Below, piece after piece: positions 1 through 8,841 of a DNA stretch of 64,000 bases. Each line of letters starts with the position of its first letter. The stretch's first letter is position 1. The stretch is taken from positions 24,393-88,392 of the forward strand of contig CAVXZW010000017.1 of assembly GCA_963766445.1 (NCBI GenBank), written 5' to 3'. This stretch comes from an uncultured Actinomycetes bacterium. GTDB taxonomy: Bacteria; Actinomycetota; Thermoleophilia; Gaiellales; JAICJC01. The translations under genes and the position numbers were made by a program. The notes under the pieces are model-generated. The model was given only the letters and a program-made list of their open reading frames with translations, did no database searches and had not been told where the DNA came from.

Positions 1-1
1 G

Positions 2-163
2 ATTTATGACGTAGCCAGTGACTTGCACGGTGGGCGATTGTTCTGGCTCTTGCTTCGCTGTGAGGATGGGGAGCAGTTCCCGGTCGAGTATTTTGACGAA
101 CGGGACGACGCGACCAAGATGATGCACTTGTTGCAGCAGTCGATCGACCGTCTGTACCGCTAG
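2..163 (+). CDS. hypothetical protein, 3' fragment truncated by window edge
   Basis: Frame is open from the window edge to TAG 161-163 (...FPVEYFDERDDATKMMHLLQQSIDRLYR*). Noticeably A/T-richer than the rest of the window. No family recognised. Confidence 0.25.
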   Translation: MYDVASDLHGGRLFWLLLRCEDGEQFPVEYFDERDDATKMMHLLQQSIDRLYR

Positions 164-260
164 GCAAGGACGCCCCACCCGCAGCAGAGGTCAGCAGCGC
201 GCTAGCGGGCGGCGGCCCGGAGGCGTCCTCTCAAACAATCCGCTCTGTCGCCCGTGAGCG

Positions 261-512
261 CTAGCTGACGCGGCGCGCAGAGTAGGCGCGAAGCGCCAAG
301 CCGCTGCCCACGATGAGCAGACCGATCACCAGGTACAGGGCAAGCTCAACGCCCGTGAACGGGAGCGTCCCGCCGCTACCGCCACCGCCGGTCGACTCAC
401 CCGCAACACCACCACTGGCGTAACCGTCACCGGCAAACGCGGTGGCGGCCGAAACCATGAGAATCGCCGCTGAACCAAGCAGGATCAGCATACCCCTGAG
501 AGCCTTCATCAT
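261..512 (-). CDS. very small LPXTG-type sortase substrate (83 aa)
   Basis: ORF 261..680 trimmed to the MMKALRG start at 512, with GGGGTG upstream. Signal peptide (...SAATAFAGDG), about 25 aa Gly/Ser-rich segment, LPFTG motif, hydrophobic helix and basic tail (RAYSARRVS). Confidence 0.7.
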   Translation of the reverse strand: MMKALRGMLILLGSAAILMVSAATAFAGDGYASGGVAGESTGGGGSGGTLPFTGVELALYLVIGLLIVGSGLALRAYSARRVS

Positions 513-1094
513 AAGAATCACCCCTAGATAGAACCGGGCCTCCAATACCCTCACCGCTACTTTGTAAACCGCGCGGCCAGCGAACCGTACGACGGCCTGG
601 GGCAACGGCAGGTCGTGTCCGGCCAACCTACGGGGGGTGGCGGGTCGGTGGAAGGGTCCAGTCAGCCACCGACGGGCCACTCAGACGGGGTCGGGTGGCC
701 GCTCTGTGTCGGGCACGTCGCGGCAAAGGCCGACCGTCCTTGGACGATCCTAGCGGTTTGGGTGAGGGATTCCTAAGCGTCTGAATTAGATCCGCTGCGG
801 TGCTGGCTGGTCGCGGTAAGCCTGGAGCGTTGGGGCTGGGCGGGCGAGGCGTATCACTCTTCTCGCTCTCTTCCGCACCGGGATGGCGGCGCGTCCGTGG
901 GGCGCATCCTCACACGCCAGCCGAGCCGCCCACGTCAGCGCCGAGCGCACTCCGTGGGTGCTGGCTGGTAGAGGCGCTGCGCCGCGGTCTTCTCAGCTAG
1001 ACGCCGCACATTCCCTCGGGGTCGGTCATCCTCCTGGTCAGCCAAGCGTTCCGCTGCGGCAACACCCCGACACAGGCAGCGATCCGCGACATAT

Positions 1095-1274
1095 CTAGCT
1101 TCGCTTCCAGCCGCCCCAGTTGTACGCGGCTAGGACGAGGAGTCCGCCCGAGATCAAGCCGGCCACGCTGAAACTCCGGCTGACGGTGCCGTCGCCGGTC
1201 ACGCTGAGGTAGACCAGTGCCAGCACCAGCACGGCCATGATGATGATCCAGGACTTGAGACCCTCGGTGGTCAC
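1095..1274 (-). CDS. small membrane ORF (59 aa, GTG start), or the 3' part of one frameshifted ~105-aa membrane protein
   Basis: Hand translation: VTTEGLKSWIIIMAVLVLALVYLSVTGDGTVSRSFSVAGLISGGLLVLAAYNWGGWKRS*. Two hydrophobic helices. GTG overlaps the upstream TGA (GTGA). Confidence 0.3.
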   Translation of the reverse strand: MTTEGLKSWIIIMAVLVLALVYLSVTGDGTVSRSFSVAGLISGGLLVLAAYNWGGWKRS

Positions 1275-1414
1275 CGGGGACCGCCGCCGCCGCCGCTGGT
1301 GATGCTGGTCTGCATAAAGAACAGCAAGAGCAGGTACCCCACGACGATCACGATCAGCACGCCGTAGAGGTAGTACTGCGGCTCGCTGAAGATGCGGCGC
1401 ATCAAACCATGCAT
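1271..1414 (-). CDS. small membrane ORF (47 aa)
   Basis: Hand translation: MHGLMRRIFSEPQYYLYGVLIVIVVGYLLLLFFMQTSITSGGGGGPR*. One hydrophobic helix. The stop overlaps the start of the next small ORF. Confidence 0.3.
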   Translation of the reverse strand: MHGLMRRIFSEPQYYLYGVLIVIVVGYLLLLFFMQTSITSGGGGGPR

Positions 1415-1459
1415 GGGGTCAGCGTACTCCTCTGCCTCACGCGCATGGGCCGTTGCCGG

Positions 1460-2626
1460 TCAGGGCGTGGGAAGCATGCTGGTGCCGCCGGGATCGGGCA
1501 GCGGGTCACCAGCGCCTGACCCGGGCGAGGTGCTGGGCGGCGTCGGTGGCGGGGAGGAAGGCGGCGAAGTCGGCGGCTGCACGGGAGGTGTCGCGCGGGC
1601 CGATCGCGACGGGTTGGTCCCGTGCAAATGCCGGTGCCGATGGGCGCGCGGATGCTGCCTCGCGGGGTGACGCTTCCGCGAATGCGCGGGCTTCGGCTTC
1701 GACGGCTTCGGCGTCGTGACCGGAGCCACCGCGAACGGTCGCGGCCGGGAGGGCACGGGTTCCGCCGCCGGCGTGCCGGACGCCCGGTGACCGATGGCCG
1801 CAATCGCCAGCACCGCCAACGCCAGCGCCCCCAGCCCGCCCGCGAGCCGGCGCGGCCAGGTGCGCGGCTCCGGCGGCAGCAGCCGCGCCAGGTGCTCGTC
1901 GTCATCGTCGTCGAACAGCCCGGCCAACCCCACCACCTCGGTGTCGTCGCCGGCCTCGCGGGCCTCGTTACCGCAACGCTCGAGCTCGTCCAGGCACTCG
2001 GCAAGCGACTCGTACCCGGCTGCGGCGGCTCGCGCCGTCCACTCCTCGAGCGGTAGGCCCAGTCCGGTCCCACCCGCGGCCCGCAGGATCGCGGCCAGCG
2101 TGCGCTGCCCGTCGCGCGGCCCCACCAGGATCGGGTTGACCGCCGGCGAGCCGAGTAGCGGCCGCTCCAGGAACGGTGTCGGGCCCGGCCCGACCGCGCA
2201 GTCGCCGAGGTCGCAGGCGTCGACAGGAAAACCCGCAGCCGCTATCCGCTCGGCCAGACGTCCGAACGACAGCGCCAGCCGCGCGGCGTCGGCCGGCCCC
2301 GGGCGGCGGGTGGCCTGCCACCGCTCGATGCTCATGCCCAGCGAGGGCGCCACCACCAGGAACCTGCGTCCCTCGTGCTCGCCGAAGTCGAGCACGCCGC
2401 AGATCTCCGAGCAGGCCAGCGCGCACCAGCGCGTGACCGCGTCGGTGAAGCCGTCGTCGTCCCAGCCGTCGGATGCGAACACGATCCGCACCTGCGCGGT
2501 GCGACCCGATCTCGTGTCCAGCGCGTCGATCGGCCCCTCCGGCCGGGCCCGTAGCGCCGCCGGGCTGGCCAGGTACCGGCCGGCGATCACCAGCGCGGTC
2601 GAGGTTGCGGAATCGGCCATGCTCAC
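1460..2626 (-). CDS. hypothetical membrane-anchored protein; kinase-like (pseudokinase?) N-terminal domain, TM helix, Pro/His/basic-rich tail
   Basis: Uninterrupted 388-aa ORF. The N-terminal ~230 aa has a faint protein-kinase-like layout but lacks catalytic HRD/DFG/VAIK motifs. TM segment LAGGLGALALAVLAIAAI. Tail rich in P, H, K, R. Confidence 0.6.
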   Translation of the reverse strand: MSMADSATSTALVIAGRYLASPAALRARPEGPIDALDTRSGRTAQVRIVFASDGWDDDGFTDAVTRWCALACSEICGVLDFGEHEGRRFLVVAPSLGMSIERWQATRRPGPADAARLALSFGRLAERIAAAGFPVDACDLGDCAVGPGPTPFLERPLLGSPAVNPILVGPRDGQRTLAAILRAAGGTGLGLPLEEWTARAAAAGYESLAECLDELERCGNEAREAGDDTEVVGLAGLFDDDDDEHLARLLPPEPRTWPRRLAGGLGALALAVLAIAAIGHRASGTPAAEPVPSRPRPFAVAPVTTPKPSKPKPAHSRKRHPARQHPRAHRHRHLHGTNPSRSARATPPVQPPTSPPSSPPPTPPSTSPGSGAGDPLPDPGGTSMLPTP

Positions 2627-2685
2627 AGGCTAGGGACGGGGGCGTCACGGAACCAGACGCAACCCGTCACGAAACCGTCACAGCT

Positions 2686-3543
2686 CTACCCGAAGAAGCG
2701 GCGGCGCCGCTGGCGCTTGTCGCGGAAGGCCCCCTCGAGCAGCTCGCTCGAGTAGCCCGCGATCTCCCCGGTCTCGGCGTACAGGTAGACCGCGGTCTTG
2801 TAGATCTGGCCCATCGCGGAGCTGACCACGAGCAGCACCACTCCCAGCCCGGCCGCCACCACCAGCAGTCCCACGCCGGCCGCCGGGCTCGCGCCCACGA
2901 CGGCGGCCCCCAGCAGCCCGACGCCGACCAGCGGCAGCGCCAGCAGGAAGGTCGCGATGCCCAGCCCGACGTTGCCGATCAGGCTCTCGCCCCAGGAGCG
3001 GCGCACCGTGGCGACGCTGCGGCGGACGGCGTCGGCCGGGCCCACCTGCTCGAACGCCAGCACCGGGATCACGAAGTAGGTGGCGATCGCCCATCCCGCC
3101 CCCAGCAAACGCGCCACGATGCTGCCCACAAGCCGGCGCGCTGCTCGACCGTCCGGATCACCAGGCCCACCAGCGAGGCGATCAGCGCCCACAGCAAGAT
3201 CGACCCGAGCCGGGCGTTGGCCGCGCGCATTCCTTCTCCCGCGCTGGTGTCCTCGCCATGGAAGCTGCGAGCCGCGCAGCTGACCAGGGCCACGTTGAAG
3301 TAGGTGGCAACTGCGGTGGCGGCGTAGCCCGCCAGCCCCGCCACGACCAGCATCGGCCAGCTGTGCGCGCTGTCGGCGCGTGGCACCCGGCAGCAGCAGC
3401 ACGGCAGCCGGCACCAGCACGATCGCGACCGCGATCAGCGTGAACGTCGCCGACAGCACCGGGAACCACAGCAGGCTGCGGTCGCGCCGGATGATGGCGA
3501 GCGACTGGGAGAGCAGGCGGAAGGAGCGCTGAAATCGGTTCAT
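2686..3543 (-). CDS. DUF6159-like integral membrane protein, two frame shifts
   Basis: N-terminus MNRFQRSFRLLSQSLAIIRRDRSLLWFPVLS. The middle of the protein (RADSAHSWPMLVVAGLAGY...VEQRAG) lies in ORF 3069..3386. Frames switch near 3390 and 3135. Confidence 0.65.
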   Translation of the reverse strand: MNRFQRSFRLLSQSLAIIRRDRSLLWFPVLSATFTLIAVAIVLVPAAVLLLPGATRRQRAQLADAGRGGAGGLRRHRSCHLLQRGPGQLRGSQLPWRGHQRGRRNARGQRPARVDLAVGADRLAGGPGDPDGRAARRLVGSIVARLLGAGWAIATYFVIPVLAFEQVGPADAVRRSVATVRRSWGESLIGNVGLGIATFLLALPLVGVGLLGAAVVGASPAAGVGLLVVAAGLGVVLLVVSSAMGQIYKTAVYLYAETGEIAGYSSELLEGAFRDKRQRRRRFFG

Positions 3544-3584
3544 CACCACATTCTGCGACCCAACCGGCCGGTTGGCTAGGTTTG

Positions 3585-4370
3585 TCAGCTGAACGCCTGG
3601 AACACGGCCGCGGTCACGGTCGCCCCCAGCAGGGCGCCGAGGATCACCTCGGGCGTGGTGTGGACGCCGGCCTCCACCCGCGTCTGGGCGACCAGCGTCG
3701 CCATCAGGAACACCACGGTCGAGACCAGCACCGCGTGTCGGTAGTCGGCCACCGCGAACGTCACCGCAACCCAGCCGCCGAAGGCGACCGCGGCGTGGCC
3801 GGAGGGCAGCCCGCCGCGCAGCAGCGTCTCGCGGTCGGTGCGCGCCTTCAGCGCGATCACGATCATGATCACCAGCGCCAGCGCGATCACGGTCAGGTGC
3901 ACCGGAGAGCCGCGCACGGTGTCGATCGCGCGCCGGCTGGGGTTGCGCAGCCGCTCGGCGAACACCAGGTAGCCGACGAACGTGGCGTTCACGGCCGCCA
4001 CCAGCACCGCCCCGGCGGCGACGTCCTTCGCCGTGCGTGCCAGCGGATCGAACGAGTTGGTGGCCACGTCGATCGCCTTCTCGAGCGCCGTGTTGAACAT
4101 CTCGGCGATCAGCACGAACGACACCGACAGGAGCAGCGCCAGCAGCTCGAACCGGGTCACGCCCAGCGCCACGCCCAGCGGCAGCACCGACAGCGCGACG
4201 GCGAAGTGCACGCGCATGTTGCGCTGTGTGCGGACCACGTAGATGACGCCCTCGAACGCGTAGTTGAAGCTCGTGACCAGGCCGGCGGCCTCCTGCCGCG
4301 CCACCCGGAAGGGCCCGGCCCGGCGCGCGTCCTTGATCAGCTCGTCGCGGCTACGCAGGGTCGGCGACAA
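3585..4370 (-). CDS. dgkA: diacylglycerol/undecaprenol kinase (DgkA) fused to a PAP2 phosphatase domain
   Basis: DAGK_prokar-like FNYAFEGVIYVVRTQRNMRVH...EMFNTALE. C-terminal PAP2 motifs PSGH and TRVEAGVHTTPEV. Start tentatively TTG 4370, overlapping the ybeY end. phoH-ybeY-dgkA synteny. Confidence 0.75.
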   Translation of the reverse strand: MSPTLRSRDELIKDARRAGPFRVARQEAAGLVTSFNYAFEGVIYVVRTQRNMRVHFAVALSVLPLGVALGVTRFELLALLLSVSFVLIAEMFNTALEKAIDVATNSFDPLARTAKDVAAGAVLVAAVNATFVGYLVFAERLRNPSRRAIDTVRGSPVHLTVIALALVIMIVIALKARTDRETLLRGGLPSGHAAVAFGGWVAVTFAVADYRHAVLVSTVVFLMATLVAQTRVEAGVHTTPEVILGALLGATVTAAVFQAFS

Positions 4371-4779
4371 CGGGCGCCACCTCCGAGAGCAGCTCGTTCT
4401 GGCGGACCAGCATCGCTCCGCCATCGGTCTCGTGGTCGTATCCCACCAGGTGCAGCACGCCGTGCACCAGCAGCGTCGCGATCGGCGTCCCCTCCGCCGA
4501 CGCCACCGCCGGGCACACCACCAGGTCACCCAGCTGGCGGGGGACGCCCTCCGGGAGCAGGGCACGGCCGTCGATCGGGAACGACAGCACGTCGGTCGCC
4601 GACGGCTTGCCGCGGTGCTCCGCGTTCAGCTCGGCGATGCGCCGCTCGTCCACGAACGCCAGGCCCACCTCGCCGCTGTCGACGCCCTCGGCCGCGAGCG
4701 CCGAGCGCACGACCGCGGCCGCAGCCGGCTCGTCCACCCGCCAGCCGCTGTGGTTCTCGATCTCCACCTCGACCGTCAC
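4351..4779 (-). CDS. ybeY: rRNA maturation endoribonuclease YbeY
   Basis: 142-aa ORF with the HGVLHLVGYDH zinc motif. Lies downstream of phoH. Confidence 0.9.
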   Translation of the reverse strand: MTVEVEIENHSGWRVDEPAAAAVVRSALAAEGVDSGEVGLAFVDERRIAELNAEHRGKPSATDVLSFPIDGRALLPEGVPRQLGDLVVCPAVASAEGTPIATLLVHGVLHLVGYDHETDGGAMLVRQNELLSEVAPVVADPA

Positions 4780-5738
4780 TCCGGCCGTCCCGGCCCGTTC
4801 TGCTCGGCGTGCTGCAGGTAGGCGTTCACGATCCGCTGCACAAGCTTGTGGCGCACCACGTCGGCGTCGGAGAACTGGATGAACGAGATGTCGGGCACTC
4901 CCTCCAGCACCCGCATCACGTTCACCAGTCCGGAGCGCTGCTCGCGCGGCAGGTCGATCTGCGTGATGTCGCCGGTGACGACAACGCGCGATCCGAAGCC
5001 GAGCCTGGTCAGGAACATCTGCATCTGCTCGGGGCTGGTGTTCTGCGCCTCGTCCAGGATGATGAACGAGTCGTTCAGCGTGCGCCCGCGCATGAACGCC
5101 AGCGGCGCCACCTCGATCATGCCGGTGTCGATGTAGTTGAGCAGCTTGTCGGCGTCCAGCATGTCGTGCAGGGCGTCGAACAGCGGGCGCAGGTACGGGT
5201 CGACCTTCGCCTGCAGGTCGCCCGGCAGGAAGCCCAGCCGCTCGCCCGCCTCGACGGCGGGCCGGGTCAGGATGATCCGCGCCACCTCGCGCTCCGACAG
5301 CGCCGCCACGGCCAGCGCGATCGCGAGGTAGGTCTTGCCGGTGCCGGCGGGTCCGATCCCGAAGGTGACCGTGTTGGCGCGGATCGCGTCCACATACGCC
5401 TTCTGCCCCAGCGTCTTGGGTGAGACGCGCTGGCCGCGATGGCGCCAGACGACGTCGTGCAGCACGTCCACGGCGCGGCCGTCGGCGGTCAGCACGCCGG
5501 CCACCGCCTCGACCGTCTGCGGCCCGATCGAGATGCCCTGCACGACCAGCTGCGACAGCTCCTCGACCATCGCCTTGGCCCGCTCGACGGCCGGATCCTC
5601 GCCCTCCAGGGTCAGCTCGTTTCCGCGCAGGTAGACGCTCGCTCCGGTGCGCTCGGCCAGCTCATGCAGCACAGCGTCGCGATCGTCGCCCAGTTCCGTC
5701 GCCAGGTCGTGCCCGACCGAGACCTTCAGTCGTGCCAT
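4776..5738 (-). CDS. phoH: PhoH-family ATPase
   Basis: 320-aa ORF with Walker [12 protein letters not shown] and IILDEAQN. Typical PhoH length. Confidence 0.9.
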   Translation of the reverse strand: MARLKVSVGHDLATELGDDRDAVLHELAERTGASVYLRGNELTLEGEDPAVERAKAMVEELSQLVVQGISIGPQTVEAVAGVLTADGRAVDVLHDVVWRHRGQRVSPKTLGQKAYVDAIRANTVTFGIGPAGTGKTYLAIALAVAALSEREVARIILTRPAVEAGERLGFLPGDLQAKVDPYLRPLFDALHDMLDADKLLNYIDTGMIEVAPLAFMRGRTLNDSFIILDEAQNTSPEQMQMFLTRLGFGSRVVVTGDITQIDLPREQRSGLVNVMRVLEGVPDISFIQFSDADVVRHKLVQRIVNAYLQHAEQNGPGRPE

Positions 5739-5786
5739 CAGGTCGTCTGGGCCGCCGCGATCGTGGAAAGAGCCATCCCCGAAAGT

Positions 5787-6233
5787 CTACGCCGACAGGC
5801 GGTCACGCACGAGAGCGGATGCCACACGGCCGTCGGCGCGGCCGCCCGACCGCTCGGTGACCAGCCCCATCACGCGGCCCATGTCCTTCATCGTCTCGGC
5901 GCCGGTGTCGGCGATCGCCGCATCCACCAGCGCCGCCAGCTCCTGCTCGCTGAGCGGGGCCGGCAGGAACTCCTCGATCACCGGCACGTCGGCGCGCTCG
6001 CGGGCGGCGCGGTCGTCCTGGCCGGCCTTGTCGTAGGCCTCGGCCGCCTCCAGCCGCTGCTTTCGCTCACGCCGCAGCACCGCCATCGCCTGCTCGTCCC
6101 CGAACTCCCCGGGCGCGTCCTTCTCGGCCTTCTGCAGGGACGAGTAGATCAGGCGCAGCGCGTCCAGCCGCTCGCGCTGACCGCTCTTCATCGCGTCGCG
6201 CAGCTCGGCCTGGACCTGTTCGGTGAGGGTCAC
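5787..6233 (-). CDS. GatB/YqeY domain protein
   Basis: C-terminal 148 aa of the composite ORF 5787..8219 (VTLTEQVQAELRDAMKSGQRERLDALRLIYSSLQ...). GTG 6233 overlaps the mtaB TGA (GTGA). Confidence 0.8.
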   Translation of the reverse strand: MTLTEQVQAELRDAMKSGQRERLDALRLIYSSLQKAEKDAPGEFGDEQAMAVLRRERKQRLEAAEAYDKAGQDDRAARERADVPVIEEFLPAPLSEQELAALVDAAIADTGAETMKDMGRVMGLVTERSGGRADGRVASALVRDRLSA

Positions 6234-7451
6234 GAGCACAGGGTAGCGATCACGGCGTCGCCGGCCGCGAGCACGCCCAGCACCTCGGCCAGCCGGCCGC
6301 GCACACCGCCGGTGACGCGGAACGGCGTGTAGTCGTCGCTGTACCCGCGCCCGTCGGCGTCCTCCACCAGCACCCGCTCGCGCCGCCCCACCTTGGACGC
6401 CCGATGAGCGGCGCCCTGGGCATCCGACAGCGCCCGCAGCCGGCGCGATCGGCGGCGCTTCTCGGCGGCCGACACCGGATCGTCGCCCGCGTCCGCCGTG
6501 CCCGGCCGCGGCGAGTACGGGAACACGTGCACCTTGGTGAAGCCGGCGGCGCTGACCGCATCGAGCGTGGCGCCGAAGTCTTCGACCCGCTCCGATGGGT
6601 GGCCGACGATCACGTCGCTGGTCAGATTGATGCCCGTCGACCAGCTCCCGCGCGCGGTGCATCTTGCCCAGGAACCCCGCCGCCGCGTAGTGGCGCCGCA
6701 TCGCCCGAAGCACGCGGTCCGAGCCCGACTGCATCGGCACGTGCAGGTGCCGCGCCACGCCGGGCGTGTCCGCGACGGCGCGCAGCAGCCGATCGCTGAG
6801 GTGATTGACCTCGATCGACGAGAGCCGCACCCGCTCCACGCCGTCGACGGCCGCCACCGCCTCCAGCAGGCCGGCCAGGTCAAGGCCGGCCTCCCGGTCG
6901 CGGAAGCACCCCAGGTTGACGCCTGTCAGCACCAGCTCGCGGTGGCCCTGCGCCGCCCGCCGCCGCGCCTCCGCCAGCACCGCGGCCGCCGAGCGGCTGC
7001 GGCTGGCGCCCCGCACCTGCGGTATCACGCAGTAGCTGCAGGTGAACGAGCATCCGTCCTGGATCTTGAGGTAGGCCCGGGTGCGGCCGAACCGTGGCTG
7101 GGCGACGCCCGTGCAGGACAGCGCCCCAACCTGCTCCGAGATGGCCGGCGCAAGCAGCTCCGACCGCCGCGAGAGCACCGTCACGTTCTCGGGAAGCCCG
7201 TCGAAGGCGCCGTCCAGCGCGGCGGCGCAGCCGGTCACGACCACCCGTTCCGCGCTCCGCGCCGCCCGGCGCGCGGCCTTGCGGGACTTGGCCACCGCCT
7301 CGGCCGTAACGCAGCAGGTGTTGAGAACGCGCACCGCGGCCTGATCCGCCGGCACCTCCCGATGGCCGTCGGCCGCCAGCCGCTCCCGCACCTGCTGGGC
7401 GTCGGTCATCGACACCTTGCAGCCGAGGAACTCGGTGGCAAACGTCGTCAC
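6230..7451 (-). CDS. mtaB: MiaB-like radical SAM tRNA methylthiotransferase MtaB, one frame shift
   Basis: FLGCKVSMTD, radical SAM CSFTCSYCVIP, C-terminal TRAM-like part in ORF 6230..6883. Frames join near 6640. GTG 7451 overlaps the rsmE stop. dnaJ-prmA-rsmE-mtaB synteny. Confidence 0.85.
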
Positions 7452-8086
7452 CCCAGGAAGCCCATCTCTCGCAGCGCCAGCGCCGCGGCCACGATCGCCG
7501 CCGTCTCGGTGCGCAGCACCACGGGCCCGAATGTGGCGACGGCGACGCCGCGCGATCGCGCCAGCTCCAGCTCGGCATCCGAGAAGCCCGGCTCCGGGCC
7601 GATCAGCAGCGTGGCCGAGCGGCGGCCGACGATGCGGTCGGCGAGCCCGCCCGACGCACCCGTGTTGCTGAGCACCACCGCCTCGCGGCTGAGCACGTCC
7701 GCGTAGGCCGACGGCGCCAGCAGCTCCGGCAGCCGTGACTGCTTCGACTGCTTCGCGGCGGCCTCGGCCACCCGCGCCCAGCGCTCGAGGCGGCTCTCGG
7801 AGAACGAGCCCTTCAGAAGCTCGGTGCGAAGCGGGCCGATCCGGGCGACGCCCAGCTCGGTCAGCTTCTCGACCGCCTCGTCCGAGCGGGCGCCCGGCTG
7901 GGCGATCCAGACGGTCACCGACGGTGCCTTGGGCAGGGCCTCCACCTCCTCGATCAGCTCGCATCCATCGGAGCGCACGCGCGCTCGAAACACGCGGCCC
8001 TCCCACACGATCTCGCAAGTATCGCCGACCGGCAGGCGCAGCACCTGCTCGAGGTGGCGGCGGTCGCCGTCGGACAGCCGTGCCAC
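7448..8086 (-). CDS. rsmE: 16S rRNA (uracil1498-N3)-methyltransferase RsmE
   Basis: 212-aa ORF ending ...LIGPEPGFSDAELE...LGPVVLRTETAA. N-terminal-like residues (VYRFFARDL) continue upstream to CTG 8134, so the true start may be upstream. Confidence 0.8.
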   Translation of the reverse strand: MARLSDGDRRHLEQVLRLPVGDTCEIVWEGRVFRARVRSDGCELIEEVEALPKAPSVTVWIAQPGARSDEAVEKLTELGVARIGPLRTELLKGSFSESRLERWARVAEAAAKQSKQSRLPELLAPSAYADVLSREAVVLSNTGASGGLADRIVGRRSATLLIGPEPGFSDAELELARSRGVAVATFGPVVLRTETAAIVAAALALREMGFLG

Positions 8087-8130
8087 CCCGTCCCGCAGGT
8101 CGCGCGCGAAGAAGCGGTAGACGTGCCCGC

Positions 8131-8841
8131 TCAGCGTTCCACCAGCTCAGCCGCCCAGCCGTCCACCACCGCCCGGCGCCCGCCGCCCAGCGTCTGGCGC
8201 TCGAGCAGACCCGACGCAAGCACCAGCGGCGGCCGGTCGGATCGCCGCAGCAGCGGCTCCAGCAGGTGCAGCTCCAGGTTGGCCAGCCACAGCGGTGCGG
8301 GCGGAAGCGGGTCGGCCAGGACGTCGCGGCGCTCGGCGCTCAACTCGACGTCGTTGCCGGCAGCGTTGATTCGCGTGGCCTGCACGGCCAGCGGATCGAT
8401 GTCGAACGCCTGCAGCGGGCCGAAGCCGAGCTTGGCTGCCGCGATCGAGAGCACGCCGGAGCCGCAGCCGAGGTCGAGTGCCGGTCCGGGGTCGAGCTCC
8501 TGGAGCAGCGCCAGCGCTGCCCGCGTGGAGCCGTGCGTGCCGGTGCCGAACGCGCGGCCGGGATCGATCACGACGGCGATCGGCTCGGGCTGCGACCAGG
8601 GAGGCCCCACCCACAACCGCCCCTCGCGCACGGGCCGGTGGAAGTCACGCCAGGCGTCGGCCCAGCCGTCCGCGACCGGTCTCTCGCTGAGCGACGGATC
8701 CGGGGGTTGCTCGGCGAAGCCCGACAGCTCCACCTGGTCGCCGTCGCGTTGCTCCTCGATCCCGCCCGGGAACCACTCCAGCATGCGTAGCGTGGCCAGC
8801 TCCGCGTCGGCCGCCGGGACGCGCAGGGTGTAGCGGTTCAT
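8131..8841 (-). CDS. prmA: ribosomal protein L11 methyltransferase PrmA
   Basis: 236-aa ORF with [15 protein letters not shown] and the SAM motif [14 protein letters not shown]. Lies downstream of dnaJ. Confidence 0.85.
   Translation of the reverse strand: MNRYTLRVPAADAELATLRMLEWFPGGIEEQRDGDQVELSGFAEQPPDPSLSERPVADGWADAWRDFHRPVREGRLWVGPPWSQPEPIAVVIDPGRAFGTGTHGSTRAALALLQELDPGPALDLGCGSGVLSIAAAKLGFGPLQAFDIDPLAVQATRINAAGNDVELSAERRDVLADPLPPAPLWLANLELHLLEPLLRRSDRPPLVLASGLLERQTLGGGRRAVVDGWAAELVER

Noticed and set aside
700-1094. About 390-nt ORF-free stretch with short repeats (GTGCTGGCTGGT at 800 and 958; CCGCTGCGG at 792 and 1051), as a possible RNA gene
   Set aside because: I could not find signature motifs of RNase P, tmRNA, SRP, 6S or common riboswitches, nor a convincing promoter or terminator. 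Left unassigned.
3582-5423. 613-aa plus-strand ORF, and similar long ORFs at 5439..6332, 6498..7706, 7735..8790, 8985..10427, 14416..15756, 47736..49760, 55761..57818 and 57634..58923
   Set aside because: They are Arg/Gly/Pro/His-rich low-complexity translations lying antisense to well-supported minus-strand genes. This is the typical open-frame artefact of very GC-rich DNA.
5787-8219. 810-aa composite minus-strand ORF
   Set aside because: Only its last 148 aa (YqeY) and the middle part (mtaB) are real. The N-terminal third is the wrong frame of rsmE/prmA. It was split into individual genes.
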